Shown: piece after piece, positions 1 through 10,160 of the stretch
Position numbering within the stretch: the stretch's first letter is position 1
How the letters are laid out: every line of letters begins with the position of its first letter
Origin: Candidatus Bathyarchaeota archaeon
GTDB taxonomy: Archaea > Thermoproteota > Bathyarchaeia > Bathyarchaeales > Bathycorpusculaceae
Assembly: GCA_963770935.1 (NCBI GenBank)
Contig: CAVYRJ010000015.1
Span: forward strand, 1 to 41,799
DNA length: 41,799 nucleotides
Reading direction: 5' to 3'
Position numbers and translations under genes: made by a program
The notes under the pieces: generated by a model
Databases searched by the model: none
What the model was told of the DNA's origin: nothing
Seen by the model: only the letters and a program-made list of their open reading frames with translations

Positions 1-336
1 GGTGTCAGCGTTAGCTATGCTGGTAACATTCGCTATAAATTCAGAGCTTACTTGGATAGCACCTGAATAAAATCTGTCAAAGCCTCTACTCATGCCTCTG
101 TTACCCATGCCAAATCTATGTTCCGGCGGCGTCATCATAGACCCATCAACAAGCCCGTTAAAGGCGTTTGATTCATTGTCAGTGGCGTTTATGGATGAAG
201 GTGTAATTTCTGAGTCTGCTGCAACTGGTGTAGTAGTATCGGCTTTAGCTGATTGCAGTGCAAAAACAAGTGACCCTGCAACTGAAGCTACAATTAAGAC
301 TGAAAGTAACGTCAAAGCTTTGGTTTTTAGGTTCAT
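1..336 (-). CDS. Secreted or membrane-anchored hypothetical protein, 3' end outside the window
   Basis: Not in the ORF track. Manual translation from ATG at 336 gives MNLKTKALTLLSVLIVASVAGSLVFALQSAKADTTTPVAA..., open to base 1, with a signal-peptide-like N-terminus. RBS AGGAGGTGA at 348-356. Confidence 0.8.
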   Translation of the reverse strand, partial: MNLKTKALTLLSVLIVASVAGSLVFALQSAKADTTTPVAADSEITPSSINATDNESNAFNGLVDGSMMTPPEHRFGMGNRGMSRGFDRFYSGAIQVSSEFIANVTSIANADT

Positions 337-403
337 ATCCTTGATTTTCACCTCCTATTTCCAAAAAAACGGTTAGCAAGAGATTATTAAGGGATTTTTC
401 AGG

Positions 404-437
404 ATTACACCCAAATTTACTCCTAATTCCCACCTAA
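404..437. promoter_or_regulatory. Three imperfect 11-bp direct repeats between divergent genes, candidate wHTH binding site
   Basis: ATTACACCCAA (404-414), TTTACTCCTAA (416-426), TTCCCACCTAA (427-437). They lie just upstream of a minus-strand TATA-like TTAATAAT (383-390). Confidence 0.4.
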
Positions 438-527
438 ACCTAAGGCATTTCGGCGTTAGAAAGAACACATTTATTACTATAATCAGTTTAACTCTGACCA
501 AAGAAACTCTTGCACGGAGACCTGAAA

Positions 528-830
528 ATGTCTGTAAACGCGCGTTCGCTAAAATACCTGTTAGGATGGCTGATTGCAGGTACCAGAGGCGGACCGACCC
601 GTGCAAAAATAATTTTGTCTCTTAAGGAAACACCGCAGAACGCAAATCAACTCGCAACGCTGCTGAAAATGGATTATAAAACGATGAGGCATCATATCGA
701 GGTTTTAGAGAAGAACAGAATGATCACATCTGTCGGCGACGGGTATGGCGAAACATATTTTCTATCGCAGACTTTGGAGGACAATTATGTTTTGTTTGAG
801 GAGATTGTGAGTAAAATCGGGAAAAAGTAG
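528..830 (+). CDS. Winged-helix (ArsR-like) transcriptional regulator
   Basis: GTRGGPTRAKII...PQNANQLA...DYKTMRHHIEVL...YGETYFLS wHTH pattern. ATG at 528 follows GGAGA. Confidence 0.88.
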   Translation: MSVNARSLKYLLGWLIAGTRGGPTRAKIILSLKETPQNANQLATLLKMDYKTMRHHIEVLEKNRMITSVGDGYGETYFLSQTLEDNYVLFEEIVSKIGKK

Positions 831-860
831 AAAAAGGAGTACATGAAAGAGGGAGAACAA

Positions 861-1303
861 ATGAACAGAAAACAAACAATCTTGGTATTGTTGGCGGTTT
901 TAATAGTTTTAACTGCGTCCGTAGCAGTTATATCTTGCAACACAATCTGACTAATCCGCTGAGAGGCTTTGACTTTCCATTTACCCCACGGCAATATAGA
1001 CCTAACCCCGCAGATATAGAATTATACTATTTGGCGAGAACTGTGTTCTCCACCATTAACATTGTACTTACCATCATTTTGATTGCCAATTATGTGAGTA
1101 TCTACCTTAAGACGAAATCAGAATTTACCATTGGGCTGTCGCTTTTTGCTTTTTTCTTCCTCATAAAAGACATAACTTGGAGCCCTTTCTTAATCGGATT
1201 TGCAGGATTCGGCGTATTCGGATTAGGTCCCTTCGCATTCCTCCCTGACCTCTTCGAAATGGCAGCATTGCTAATACTATTTTACCTAAGCATAAAATAC
1301 TAA
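861..1303 (+). CDS. Membrane protein, frameshift near 935
   Basis: MNRKQTILVLLAVLIVLTASVAVIS from 861 shifts into ORF 935-1303, which has about 3 further hydrophobic segments. Directly downstream of the wHTH gene. Confidence 0.7.
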
Positions 1304-1394
1304 ACGAAGTATTCCCGCTTAGCTGTGTTGCCTTTCTTATTAGGTAACTGTTAGGGCTGAATCTGGAAAAAATCTTTTATACATAAGGTTCCTA

Positions 1395-2059
1395 TTGCGT
1401 AAAGAAAAGCAGATGAGAGCTATGAGCCAAGAAAATAATGTCCAAAAGAATAGCAACCCTAAAACCGTAGTCATCGCATTAGCCATAATATGCATAATAC
1501 TTGCTGCTAGTTTAGTTGGTGTAATCGCGCTCTACCAACCAAATGATTCACAAGCGCAATTAGCTGAGAAGGACAGTACAATTAGCTCGTTGCAATGCAC
1601 AAATTGCAGTTCTACAAAATCAGTTATCTAACACTCCAAACGCATCTACATATGTAACGCAAATTGCCTATTTAAATCAACAATTGTTAGCTTTGAACGA
1701 TACATTAACAGCTATGAATTCCGATTTGATATACTTAGAAAACATTGTTCAGTTACAGGCTACAGGAACTTTGTACGATAGTAATTTCGTTCAAGATGCC
1801 AATAGTACCACAACTCTTTGGGACAACCAACTAGATTACGCGGGATATATTGTTGTTCAAGCAAGTGCCTCAGCAAATACAACATATCGCTGAAGTCAAC
1901 TATAGCTATTCAGAGAGCAATTTTGACTATAATCAAACGTTGGGAACATCAGGAAGTGTCTTATTTCCAGTTTTGCCCGGCGCAGTGATGGTTAAAATTG
2001 GAAACATAAACCAAACTGACGCAAACAATGTAACTGCGACTGTAACATACATCTACTAA
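1395..2059 (+). CDS. Membrane-anchored surface protein with coiled-coil stalk, two frameshifts
   Basis: Three consecutive ORFs (1395-1631, 1684-1893, 1850-2059) join into one reading: TM helix, Q/L-rich heptads, then an N/T-rich beta domain ending VTATVTYIY. T-run follows. Confidence 0.7.
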
Positions 2060-2122
2060 CTCTTTTTTTGTTAACATCTAATAAGTGCATCTACCACTGT
2101 AAGGTAGGAGACTGCTTCTTCT

Positions 2123-4211
2123 TTGAAAAATATTTCTGGAACAGAAAAAAAACCAAACAGACTCATTAAAGAAAAAAGCCCCTATCTCCTTTTGCATGCC
2201 TACAATCCAGTCGACTGGTATCCATGGAGCAATGAAGCTTTCGAGAAGGCTAAAACAGAGGATAAACCAGTTTTTGTCTCCATAGGCTACTCAACGTGTC
2301 ACTGGTGCCATGTCATGGAAAAAGAATCCTTCGACGACACTGAAGTAGCCCAATTAATGAACCAAACCTTCATCAACATTAAAGTTGACAGGGAAGAACG
2401 TCCCGATCTTGACGCAGCATACATGGCTGTGTGCCAATCAATGGGAAGAAACTGCGGCTGGCCACTAAACGTCATTATGTCCCCAAACAAAAACCCGTTT
2501 TTTGTCGCCAGCTACATTCCCAAAGATAACCGTTATGGTACGGTGGGGATGATGAGCCTTGTGCCCCAAATTGGAGAAATATGGAAAACAAGAAAAGAAG
2601 AAATGGAGACCATCGGCAAAGAACTCAAGGAGCAAATTACAACCCAAGAAGCGAAAGAAACAGGAAAGCAACCTGATAAAAATACACTTGATGACGCATA
2701 CGAACAATTGTTTTTACGTTTTGATCCAGAAAACGGCGGATTCGGGACAGCCCCAAAATTTCCTTCTCCACATAACATACTTTTTCTTTTAAGGTACTGG
2801 AACCGAACAAAAGACAAAACCGCTTGGATAATGGTTGAAAAAACCTTGCGTGCCATGAGACTTGGAGGTATCTTTGACCAAATAGGTTTTGGTTTTCACC
2901 GTTATTCCACGGATTCGCAGTGGCTGGTTCCCCATTTTGAGAAGATGCTCTATGACCAAGCTCTGATGGCGCTGGCTTATCTTGAAGCTTACCAAGCCTC
3001 GGGCGCAGCAAAATTCAAGTTGACTGCTAAAGAAACTTTAGATTATGTTTTAAGAGATTTAGTTGCTGAAGAAGGCGGTTTTTACTCGGCTGAAGATGCA
3101 GACAGTGAAGGGGAAGAGGGGAAGTTTTATCTGTGGACAAAAGAAGAAATCGAGAAGGCACTGCCAGAGCAGGATGCAGATTTAGCTGTTAAACTCTTTG
3201 AAGTTAAGTCTGCCGGAAACTATAACGAGGCGCAAAGAAGCAGAAACAGCAAAAACATATTTCATATTGCTTTACCTCTTGAACAGTTAGCCTCAGAATC
3301 GAATCAGACTATTGACGAGTTAATAGGAAGACTTGGAAAAATCAGAAACACACTTTTCCTAATTCGAGAGAAAAGAGTTCATCCTGCAAAAGATGACAAA
3401 ATTCTTGTTGATTGGAACGGCTTAACAATTGCGGCTTTAGCACGTGCAAGCCAAGTTTTGGAAGAACCAAAATATCTTTATGCGGCATCTAAAGCGGCAG
3501 ATTTTATACTTAAACAAATGAAAACTAAGAATAATGAGCTCTATCATAGGTATGTTAAAGGAGAGAGAGCAATTTTTGGGTTTTTAGATGACTATGCTTA
3601 CCTTGTGTTCGGTCTCATTGAACTCTACGAAGCTAGTTTTGAAGCAAAAGTATCTGCAACTATCTATTGAATTAACCAAGACTATGATTGAGCAATTTTG
3701 GGATAATAAAAACGGCGGTTTCTTCTTAACCGACAAAACTGCGGATGAAGAAGTTCCGAGATTAAAGCAAACTTATGACGGAGCTATGCCTTCAGGAAAC
3801 TCCGTAGCTCTATATAATTTGTTGCGTTTGGCACGTTTGAGTGGAGAATCAACTTTTGAGGATTATGCTTTAAGATTGCTTAGGGCTTTCTCTGAAGAAG
3901 TTAAAGGTCAGCCACTTGGGCATACGTTTATGCTTGTTGGGCTGGAGTTCGCTCTTGGACCGAATTATAATGTAGTTTTAGTTGGCGACCCAGCAGATAA
4001 AAACACAGTTAATATACTTGCAGCTTTAAGAAAAAAATATTTGCCTAACTTAACCCTATCGTTATGGACTCCTGAGCAAGCTAAGGCAAATACTTCCGGT
4101 GTAATTTATGAGAAAATTGATGACAAGACGACCGCCTATGTTTGCAGTGACCAAACATGCATGCCACCTACAAACAGCGTTGAAAAAATGCTTGAGTTGC
4201 TTAAATCCTAG
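2123..4211 (+). CDS. Thioredoxin domain-containing protein, YyaL/SSP411 (DUF255) family, frameshift near 3650
   Basis: [66 protein letters not shown] and C-terminal TAYVC...C.PP. Confidence 0.93.
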
Positions 4212-4703
4212 CGGCAAAAATAAGAAAAAAGGTTGGATCCCCAATAAAGCAGCTTTTTACGGGAGGGATAAACTTTGATGAGAAATCAAGGATTATGGTC
4301 AAAGTCATCTTTCAGAGAAGGGCAAGTTGTTTTCATGCACAGCGTGAGTTGCAACAACAATAACTTCTCCTAGATGACAATGGTCTCTTTATAGCTTCTA
4401 TGTATCTTGCACTTACAGGTACCAAATATCTAGAATAAGCATAGAGAAATCAGATTTTAACCATAGATGGCGCTTCCTAGTCATCAAGCTTATCGAGAAT
4501 GTTGCCGTCTGTAAATTTAGCCATGGGCAGTCTCTCCGCTTTTCTGCGATGCAACTTTTAGTTGGCGTTCGAGCTTCTGTATCCTAACTTGCTGCGCTCC
4601 ATAACCCGCTAAACCTCCAGCTTGGCTAAATGAAATTCAGTTTTTCTATAAGAAAAACACGATACGAGCTAACTTCTGCTTCCAAGGTTGTGAATCTTTT
4701 TAT

Positions 4704-5633
4704 GTGGCATTAACCATTTTTCTGATGGTATACTTTTTGAATCTGGGTAGTCACATCTTTTTCGCTGGCGTGGTCACAGCTATCTTTACAGGCAATCCCT
4801 ACTTCACCCTCTTAGCGGGCGTAGGGAGCTTCATTCCCGACCTTGACCGAGAATACCTGTTCGTGAGCCCCAAGGGTTTTCGCAAGGAACAGTATCATCG
4901 TGCGCTTTTCCATAACCTTCTTTTTCTGTCGGGGTTGTTTTTTGTGAACGTTTGGCTTGCATTAGGTGCGTTCCTGCATATCTTCATAGATTCCTTTACC
5001 ACTGACAAAGACAAGGGAGTAGAGTGGCTATTTCCGTTTTCCAGGCTGGTGAAGAGAGGCCGTTACACTTTAACTGCAAAATCAAAAGAAAGCTCGTGCA
5101 CACTGGAGCTGGTAGATCAGAATCCGCCGGACCGTGTCTGCTTCTTAAATGAAGACTCTCCAGAGGCGACCAAGCTTTCTGATCCAGATTTGAAGGAGTC
5201 AAGAACTGTTCCTTGGCGTAGAACTTATGGGCCTTTGGCGAACGGGCAACTGTTTGATAGGTGGCTTTTTGTGGCTTCTTTTTCACTGCTTGCTCTTTAT
5301 GCTTTGGTGAACCCTGATTTTGCGATAGCTGGCAAAAACCTCATCTTATCTACCCAAATCATTCCTCCTATGAGCCTCTTAACGGGCATTGTTCTGGTTT
5401 TTCTTGGGGGCTTGCTCAAAAGGAACAAGAAATCGAGAAAAGGATACCTTACCCTCTTCGCCGCTGGTTGTGTATTCATGATTTTGTCGGCGGTGTTTTC
5501 AGCTGGCGGATTTTCGGGTTACAAATTGCCTTTAGAACCTATTTTTGTTGCCGTAGCATGTGTGGTTTTGTTTGTTGAAGCGGTTTTCATTTGGCGGCTT
5601 AGCACCCGCGGTGGGAGAAAAGCGATGGTTTAG
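4704..5633 (+). CDS. Membrane-bound metal-dependent hydrolase (YdjM/DUF457-like)
   Basis: SH, IPDLD, HRALFHNL, HIFIDSFT and GVEWLFP motifs with multiple TM segments. Confidence 0.78.
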   Translation: MALTIFLMVYFLNLGSHIFFAGVVTAIFTGNPYFTLLAGVGSFIPDLDREYLFVSPKGFRKEQYHRALFHNLLFLSGLFFVNVWLALGAFLHIFIDSFTTDKDKGVEWLFPFSRLVKRGRYTLTAKSKESSCTLELVDQNPPDRVCFLNEDSPEATKLSDPDLKESRTVPWRRTYGPLANGQLFDRWLFVASFSLLALYALVNPDFAIAGKNLILSTQIIPPMSLLTGIVLVFLGGLLKRNKKSRKGYLTLFAAGCVFMILSAVFSAGGFSGYKLPLEPIFVAVACVVLFVEAVFIWRLSTRGGRKAMV

Positions 5634-5869
5634 ACAACGATCTATCTTTAGTTACTCAAAGAAAATCAAGTTTCATCGGCAGGCAAGTAAAGTTTGAATC
5701 TAGTTATAATTCTCGATTAGATTTTTAAGAGCTTTTCACGATAAGTTCGTGCTTCCACTTTCTTGTTATTGTCTGCTCACAGTCACACATATTTAAGTTG
5801 TGAATAACGACTTACCGATAGAGTTGAAATGAGTAGTTTTTGTGGTTTTGAAAAATTGGAGGTAATTTT

Positions 5870-6121
5870 TTGGGTAGTTTGTGGGTTGGAGCTTTTGTTG
5901 GTTTCTTGATTACTTTGCTTCTTAGTTTTTTCTTTCCGGGAATTGGACACCTAATCGGAGGACTTATAGGTGGATTTGTGGCAGGCATCATAGCTCGCGG
6001 AGGAATGTTGAGAGGCGCATTGGCAGGCTTTCTTGCAGGCATATTTGGCGGAATAATCATTACAATCCTCGCAGTTCTGGGTCTTGCAGTTGTCGGAGGA
6101 GTTGCCGGTTCCAACCTTTAG
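5870..6121 (+). CDS. Gly-rich small membrane protein (DUF5518-like), possibly truncated
   Basis: IGGLIGGFVAGIIARGG...GALAGFLAG glycine zippers. RBS GGAGGT upstream of a TTG start. Confidence 0.65.
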   Translation: MGSLWVGAFVGFLITLLLSFFFPGIGHLIGGLIGGFVAGIIARGGMLRGALAGFLAGIFGGIIITILAVLGLAVVGGVAGSNL

Positions 6122-6336
6122 CGCGATTTCTGGTTTGCCAAGCAATAGACTCTAACAATTATGCCAAATAATATGTGGTAGAAAGATTCATGAGAACAAC
6201 CGTCGACTTCTGACTGGTCAACTTTTATTGGGCAATTTTAAGGATATGAAGTTAAGTTAACTTTAGAACCTCACATATTTCCGGTCATGTGGCGTAGAAT
6301 CCCGCAACGATTAGGTGAAATCTTCATAGGATTTAT

Positions 6337-6504
6337 TTAATTTTGAACTATGCCAATAATGATTATTATGGTTCCAACCGATGCCCTTATTACTCTAATT
6401 AGGTGTTCAGGAAAGCTTTGCTTCGGATATTTGACTATGCTTAAAACACCGTCTAGGACAAGCCAAAAACCTAAACCAACCAAAACCGATGAAAGAGCAT
6501 TCAA
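6337..6504 (-). CDS. 55-aa two-TM small membrane protein (below ORF track cutoff)
   Basis: TTG start after GGTGAAG. Translation MNALSSVLVGLGFWLVLDGVLSIVKYPKQSFPEHLIRVIRASVGTIIIIIGIVQN. Confidence 0.55.
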   Translation of the reverse strand: MNALSSVLVGLGFWLVLDGVLSIVKYPKQSFPEHLIRVIRASVGTIIIIIGIVQN

Positions 6505-6703
6505 ATAATCTTCACCTTCTTAAGCCATTTCGTTTTTTGAAAGGCTAATGTTCTCTCAATAAATAGTTCTTAACAAAGTTAATCCTTTCGGATTCCCAGA
6601 GGCTCAGTTGGAATATCCTCGTAACTTCAATAGAAACCCAGAAAACTGGATTTTGAAGATTGGATAAAGCAGAAAAAACGGTATATTGTCGCACTATAGG
6701 AGG

Positions 6704-6788
6704 CGCCGAGGATGGGATTCGAACCCATGCGGACCGGATGGTCCACGGGCTCTCAAGGCCCGCGCGTTAACCACTCTGCCACCTCGGC
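6704..6788 (-). tRNA. tRNA-Ser(TGA)
   Basis: Acceptor GCCGAGG/CCTCGGC, discriminator G, anticodon arm CGGGC-CT TGA GA-GCCCG, long variable arm, T loop TTCGAAT. CCA not encoded. Confidence 0.97.
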
Positions 6789-6904
6789 ACTACGAATCAA
6801 CAGTTCTAGTTAACTGTGTCTTAAATGTTTACCGAATAACAAACAGATTGATTGAGTGGACTTTGGGAAAAAGTTCTTTACCAACCTTCTTAACCGTTGT
6901 TTAC

Positions 6905-7330
6905 ATGCCTGCGCCTGTAACCGTCAATATTCCAAGTAACATCCTAGATGCTATCTATGCAGGCGCCAAAGAACTCTACCCACGCGAAAGCTTCCTGATG
7001 TTACGAGGCAACAAAAAAAGGGGCATCATCCACATAACCGATTTGGTTTTGGCTCCTTTTGCAGTTCACGGCGAAGGATTTGCACACTTTAACCCTTACA
7101 TGTTTACGGGTGATTACTCATTGGTTGGAACTGTTCACTCTCATCCGTCAGGCGACATTTCACCCAGCGATACCGATTTGAATTATTTCTTTGGGCGGGT
7201 TCTCATGATTGTGGGTTACCCTTATGAAGGAAAAAGCTGCATAGCTGCATACAATTCTGAAGGCGATGTTATCCCAATAGAAATAACTGCTCCCACTAAA
7301 TGTGATGAAGAAGACTTTTACGAAATGTAA
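6905..7330 (+). CDS. JAMM/MPN+ (Mov34) metalloprotease
   Basis: YPRE...VGTVHSHPSGDISPSDTD matches E-x(n)-HxH-x7-S-x2-D. The start is placed at ATG 6905 because the longer ORF overlaps the tRNA. Confidence 0.9.
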   Translation: MPAPVTVNIPSNILDAIYAGAKELYPRESFLMLRGNKKRGIIHITDLVLAPFAVHGEGFAHFNPYMFTGDYSLVGTVHSHPSGDISPSDTDLNYFFGRVLMIVGYPYEGKSCIAAYNSEGDVIPIEITAPTKCDEEDFYEM

Positions 7331-7683
7331 TCTTGGGTTTTTTTAGAGGATAATTGATAATGCATCAGAAAATCTAGCGCAAATTTATCAGCGTTGCCTT
7401 CTGTTCCCCGATGCATCTTGTCCACTCCTTTGCTTCGCAAGTGGTGATAGAATTCATGGAGGATAACGAAGGGATTAATCAGTACGTCACTATTTTGCAC
7501 AGAGATTGTCTGGTTTTTGGCGGTGTAGCAGCCGTAGGCTTTAATTTTGTGTTTCTTGGGCAAGCCAACTTTCAAAGTAGGTACATTAACGCGATAGGTT
7601 TTGGCTAGGAGTTCGAGGGCGTCTTCTGTTTTGCCATTGAGAATGAGCCAAACCACCAAGGGCTTAAAGTTATTCTCTGCCAT
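7318..7683 (-). CDS. Small HEXXH zincin-like protein
   Basis: PFVILHEFYHHLR followed by E..AD.FA, typical of minimal zincin-type proteins. Confidence 0.75.
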   Translation of the reverse strand: MAENNFKPLVVWLILNGKTEDALELLAKTYRVNVPTLKVGLPKKHKIKAYGCYTAKNQTISVQNSDVLINPFVILHEFYHHLRSKGVDKMHRGTEGNADKFALDFLMHYQLSSKKTQDYIS

Positions 7684-7728
7684 CCAAAATCAACAATACT
7701 GACAACTGCAGCTTAATTAACCACTTGC

Positions 7729-8976
7729 CTATTGCCCGTATGTTCCCCTTCGAATCTTCTCAGCTAATAGATGAACGAATTCAATTGGCCAAACATCGTC
7801 ACAGACATCGTCTGTTAATATTTTGCGTTGATGATACATGGAGATTAAATCGTTTTTCAAGAGAAGAATCAGAACAAATTTATGCCCATAGGTTCTTTTG
7901 AAAAGAGCGTATTTACGCGCTTGTCTTTTAGTCATCTCGAAGTGGGGTTCAAGAATTATTTTTCTTCCATGAACCGTCTTCTCTAAAATAAAATCCGGAG
8001 TATAGACTTCGTTTGGTAGGGGAAAACTAATTGTTTCGTAGCCGTATGGTATGTGCATTCTAAGTAGTGTTAAGGCGGTTTTTTTCTCCCATCCGCTTTT
8101 GTAGCGGCTCATTTTTTGGTAATACGCTTGCGATTGCCCCGTGATTTTTTGCATGCGCTCTAGAAAGTCAAGGGCGGTTTTGAGTGTGTAGCGGTTTAAG
8201 GTTTTTTGTTTTAGCCATCTGCCCAAAAGGAAAAAAGGGTAATCGACTTTTGCCGGGTCTTGTGGAAAGAGACGCTTTGCAAAATCAGTTAGTTTTTGGC
8301 GCGCTTCTGCAGCTGTTTTCTCATCTCGCCAAACAGAAGGCGAAGCTGACTCTATCACACCTAAACTGGCAGCAACATTGGCGTTCTCTTTAGTAAGCGG
8401 AACATAGAGGTCTTCAGGTAAAAAATGATCATAGATTTGCAGGTCAGGTTGAGGACGAACCATCCAACGCATGTAAATCCAAAGTTTATCTTTATGGGGA
8501 CCAGCCAATGCAGGGATGTTTTGTGCGAGGTCTTCTATGAAATCTTTGGGTTTACTGAATTTTTGAGCGTACTGCAAAATGTTTCGTTCTGCTTTCAGCT
8601 TTAAGAAAAGATTAATTTGGGAGAGAATTTCTGAGGCAGCTTTCTTGTTTGGGCCTAAATCATGATAAAAATCAGCCTTCACTATTTCCTCTTCAAATAG
8701 ATGGGCTTTTTTGATTTCAAAGAAGGCACTGCCAAACGCTTCATGCAGATAAACAAGTAGCATACGCGCGTTTTCAGGGTACCCAACGATTGTATCATCA
8801 AGAATAGAGGCAGCTAGCAAGAAATAGTGGGCAGCGATTTTTCGTTCTTCAAACTTTTCTGAGTAGGGATTAAAGAGCAGCCTTGGGCTCATTCGTCTGT
8901 CCCATTGGACATCTACGACGTTGCTATTTTTGTTTATGAATTCGACTATTAATTGGAGCACTTCATCGGTTGCCAT
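7729..8976 (-). CDS. DUF2400-like protein fused to a C-terminal PD-(D/E)XK-type nuclease domain
   Basis: Core K.WIYMRWMVR..PDL...DLYVPL...LG...FPQDPAKVDYPFFLLG resembles DUF2400/TIGR02757. C-terminus YKSGWE...YE...YTPDFIL...IILEPH resembles T7 endonuclease I-like nucleases. Confidence 0.7.
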   Translation of the reverse strand: MATDEVLQLIVEFINKNSNVVDVQWDRRMSPRLLFNPYSEKFEERKIAAHYFLLAASILDDTIVGYPENARMLLVYLHEAFGSAFFEIKKAHLFEEEIVKADFYHDLGPNKKAASEILSQINLFLKLKAERNILQYAQKFSKPKDFIEDLAQNIPALAGPHKDKLWIYMRWMVRPQPDLQIYDHFLPEDLYVPLTKENANVAASLGVIESASPSVWRDEKTAAEARQKLTDFAKRLFPQDPAKVDYPFFLLGRWLKQKTLNRYTLKTALDFLERMQKITGQSQAYYQKMSRYKSGWEKKTALTLLRMHIPYGYETISFPLPNEVYTPDFILEKTVHGRKIILEPHFEMTKRQARKYALFKRTYGHKFVLILLLKNDLISMYHQRKILTDDVCDDVWPIEFVHLLAEKIRRGTYGQ

Positions 8977-9176
8977 AGCCCTTACCCAAGTCTTAATTTA
9001 CTATTATGCGAGAGCTACCTTAAAACTGCTCTTATAACAAAAAATATCTAAGGCTTCAAACACATGTTTTTGTCCTTTGGGAAACAGATTAATACCAGCT
9101 GGAAATCAAGTATTGCAACGCTCGCAGAAGACGAAGAGCCTAATAGAAAAAAGTCATAGAAAAATGCACAAAGTGT

Positions 9177-9254
9177 GGGCCGGTCGTCTAGCCTGGTTAG
9201 GACATCTGCTTGACGTGCAGAAGGTCGCCGGTCCGAATCCGGTCCGGCCCACCA
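9177..9254 (+). tRNA. tRNA-Val(GAC)
   Basis: Acceptor GGGCCGG/CCGGCCC, ACCA encoded, anticodon arm TCTGC-TT GAC GT-GCAGA. T loop reads TCCGAAT. Confidence 0.95.
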
Positions 9255-9464
9255 TATAATCCTATTCATTGAGTCGAAATAAGATCTGCCTACAAAGGTA
9301 GATTCAATTTAGTTATTTTATTGAAGCTCTTTAAGACGTAACAACATTCTCGCCTGGTTCTGTCTCAAAAGATCAATCAGATTTGTAATATTTTTGGTGA
9401 CGACGTTACAAAGTGGCAAAGCTTTTATGCTGTTCAAAACAAAAGAGATTAAAGAGGTATAAGA

Positions 9465-10022
9465 ATGTCTTTAGAATCAGGAAAAAATTTAGCTGGCATT
9501 GGTTCCATATTTTTGGTAATTCCGGTTCCATTTCTGAGTATCGTAGGCATCATAATGGTGCTCGTAGGAATGAAAAACTTGTCAAAGGCGTACAATGACG
9601 AAAGCATCTGGAAGAACACTCTATATGCAGTAATCTTTGGAATCATAGGAATAGTCGCTTCTGGGGTGACTCTTGTATCGTTGTTTTTCGGCGGGATTTT
9701 TGCTGGCGCAGCGGTAGGATTGGAAGATGCAACAGGATTAGTTGGATTAATCGCGGGACTGATCATCTTTCTTGTCGTAGCGTTCATATTCTATTTACTT
9801 GAAGCCATCTATATCAGAAGAGCATTTGATACCCTCGCAAACAAATCCGGAGTCGGGCTGTTCAGGACTGGAGGAATGCTTCTGCTTATTGGTGCGATTC
9901 TTACAATAGTCTTAGTTGGTTTATTCTTGATCTTCATTGCTTGGATACTGATACTTGTAGCATTTTTCCAGATACCATCTTCACCGCAATCTCAGATGCC
10001 ACCACCGCCACCACCAACTTAA
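9465..10022 (+). CDS. DUF996 family membrane protein
   Basis: MSLESGKNLAGIG...LFRTGG.LLLIGAILTI...IAWIL..VAFF with a Pro-rich tail. Confidence 0.85.
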   Translation: MSLESGKNLAGIGSIFLVIPVPFLSIVGIIMVLVGMKNLSKAYNDESIWKNTLYAVIFGIIGIVASGVTLVSLFFGGIFAGAAVGLEDATGLVGLIAGLIIFLVVAFIFYLLEAIYIRRAFDTLANKSGVGLFRTGGMLLLIGAILTIVLVGLFLIFIAWILILVAFFQIPSSPQSQMPPPPPPT

Positions 10023-10029
10023 AAATTCC

Positions 10030-10044
10030 CTTTTTTCTTTTTTT
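10030..10044 (+). terminator. Oligo-T archaeal terminator
   Basis: T-rich run TTTTTCTTTTTTT immediately after the DUF996 stop codon. Confidence 0.5.
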
Positions 10045-10160
10045 AGCTGAAATCTCTGGTTTTGCTAGTTTGAGGTTAATTTAATTAATCAAGAAATCGC
10101 CATTGACGGACAAAAATACTCTATAAAATACAAAAGAAAAAAATTTCTACTTCACTTTTG

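Noticed and set aside
92-433. ORFs 92-376 and 245-433
   Set aside because: They overlap the better supported minus-strand gene 1-336, which has an RBS and signal peptide.
6686-6904. N-terminal extension of the JAMM ORF
   Set aside because: It is the antisense shadow of tRNA-Ser. ATG 6905 gives a normal-length JAMM protein.
6704-9254. tRNA-flanked genomic island
   Set aside because: The two tRNAs differ, there is no duplicated tRNA 3' end and no integrase lies nearby.
9048-9269. ORFs 9048-9269 and 9077-9259
   Set aside because: Both are shadows of tRNA-Val.
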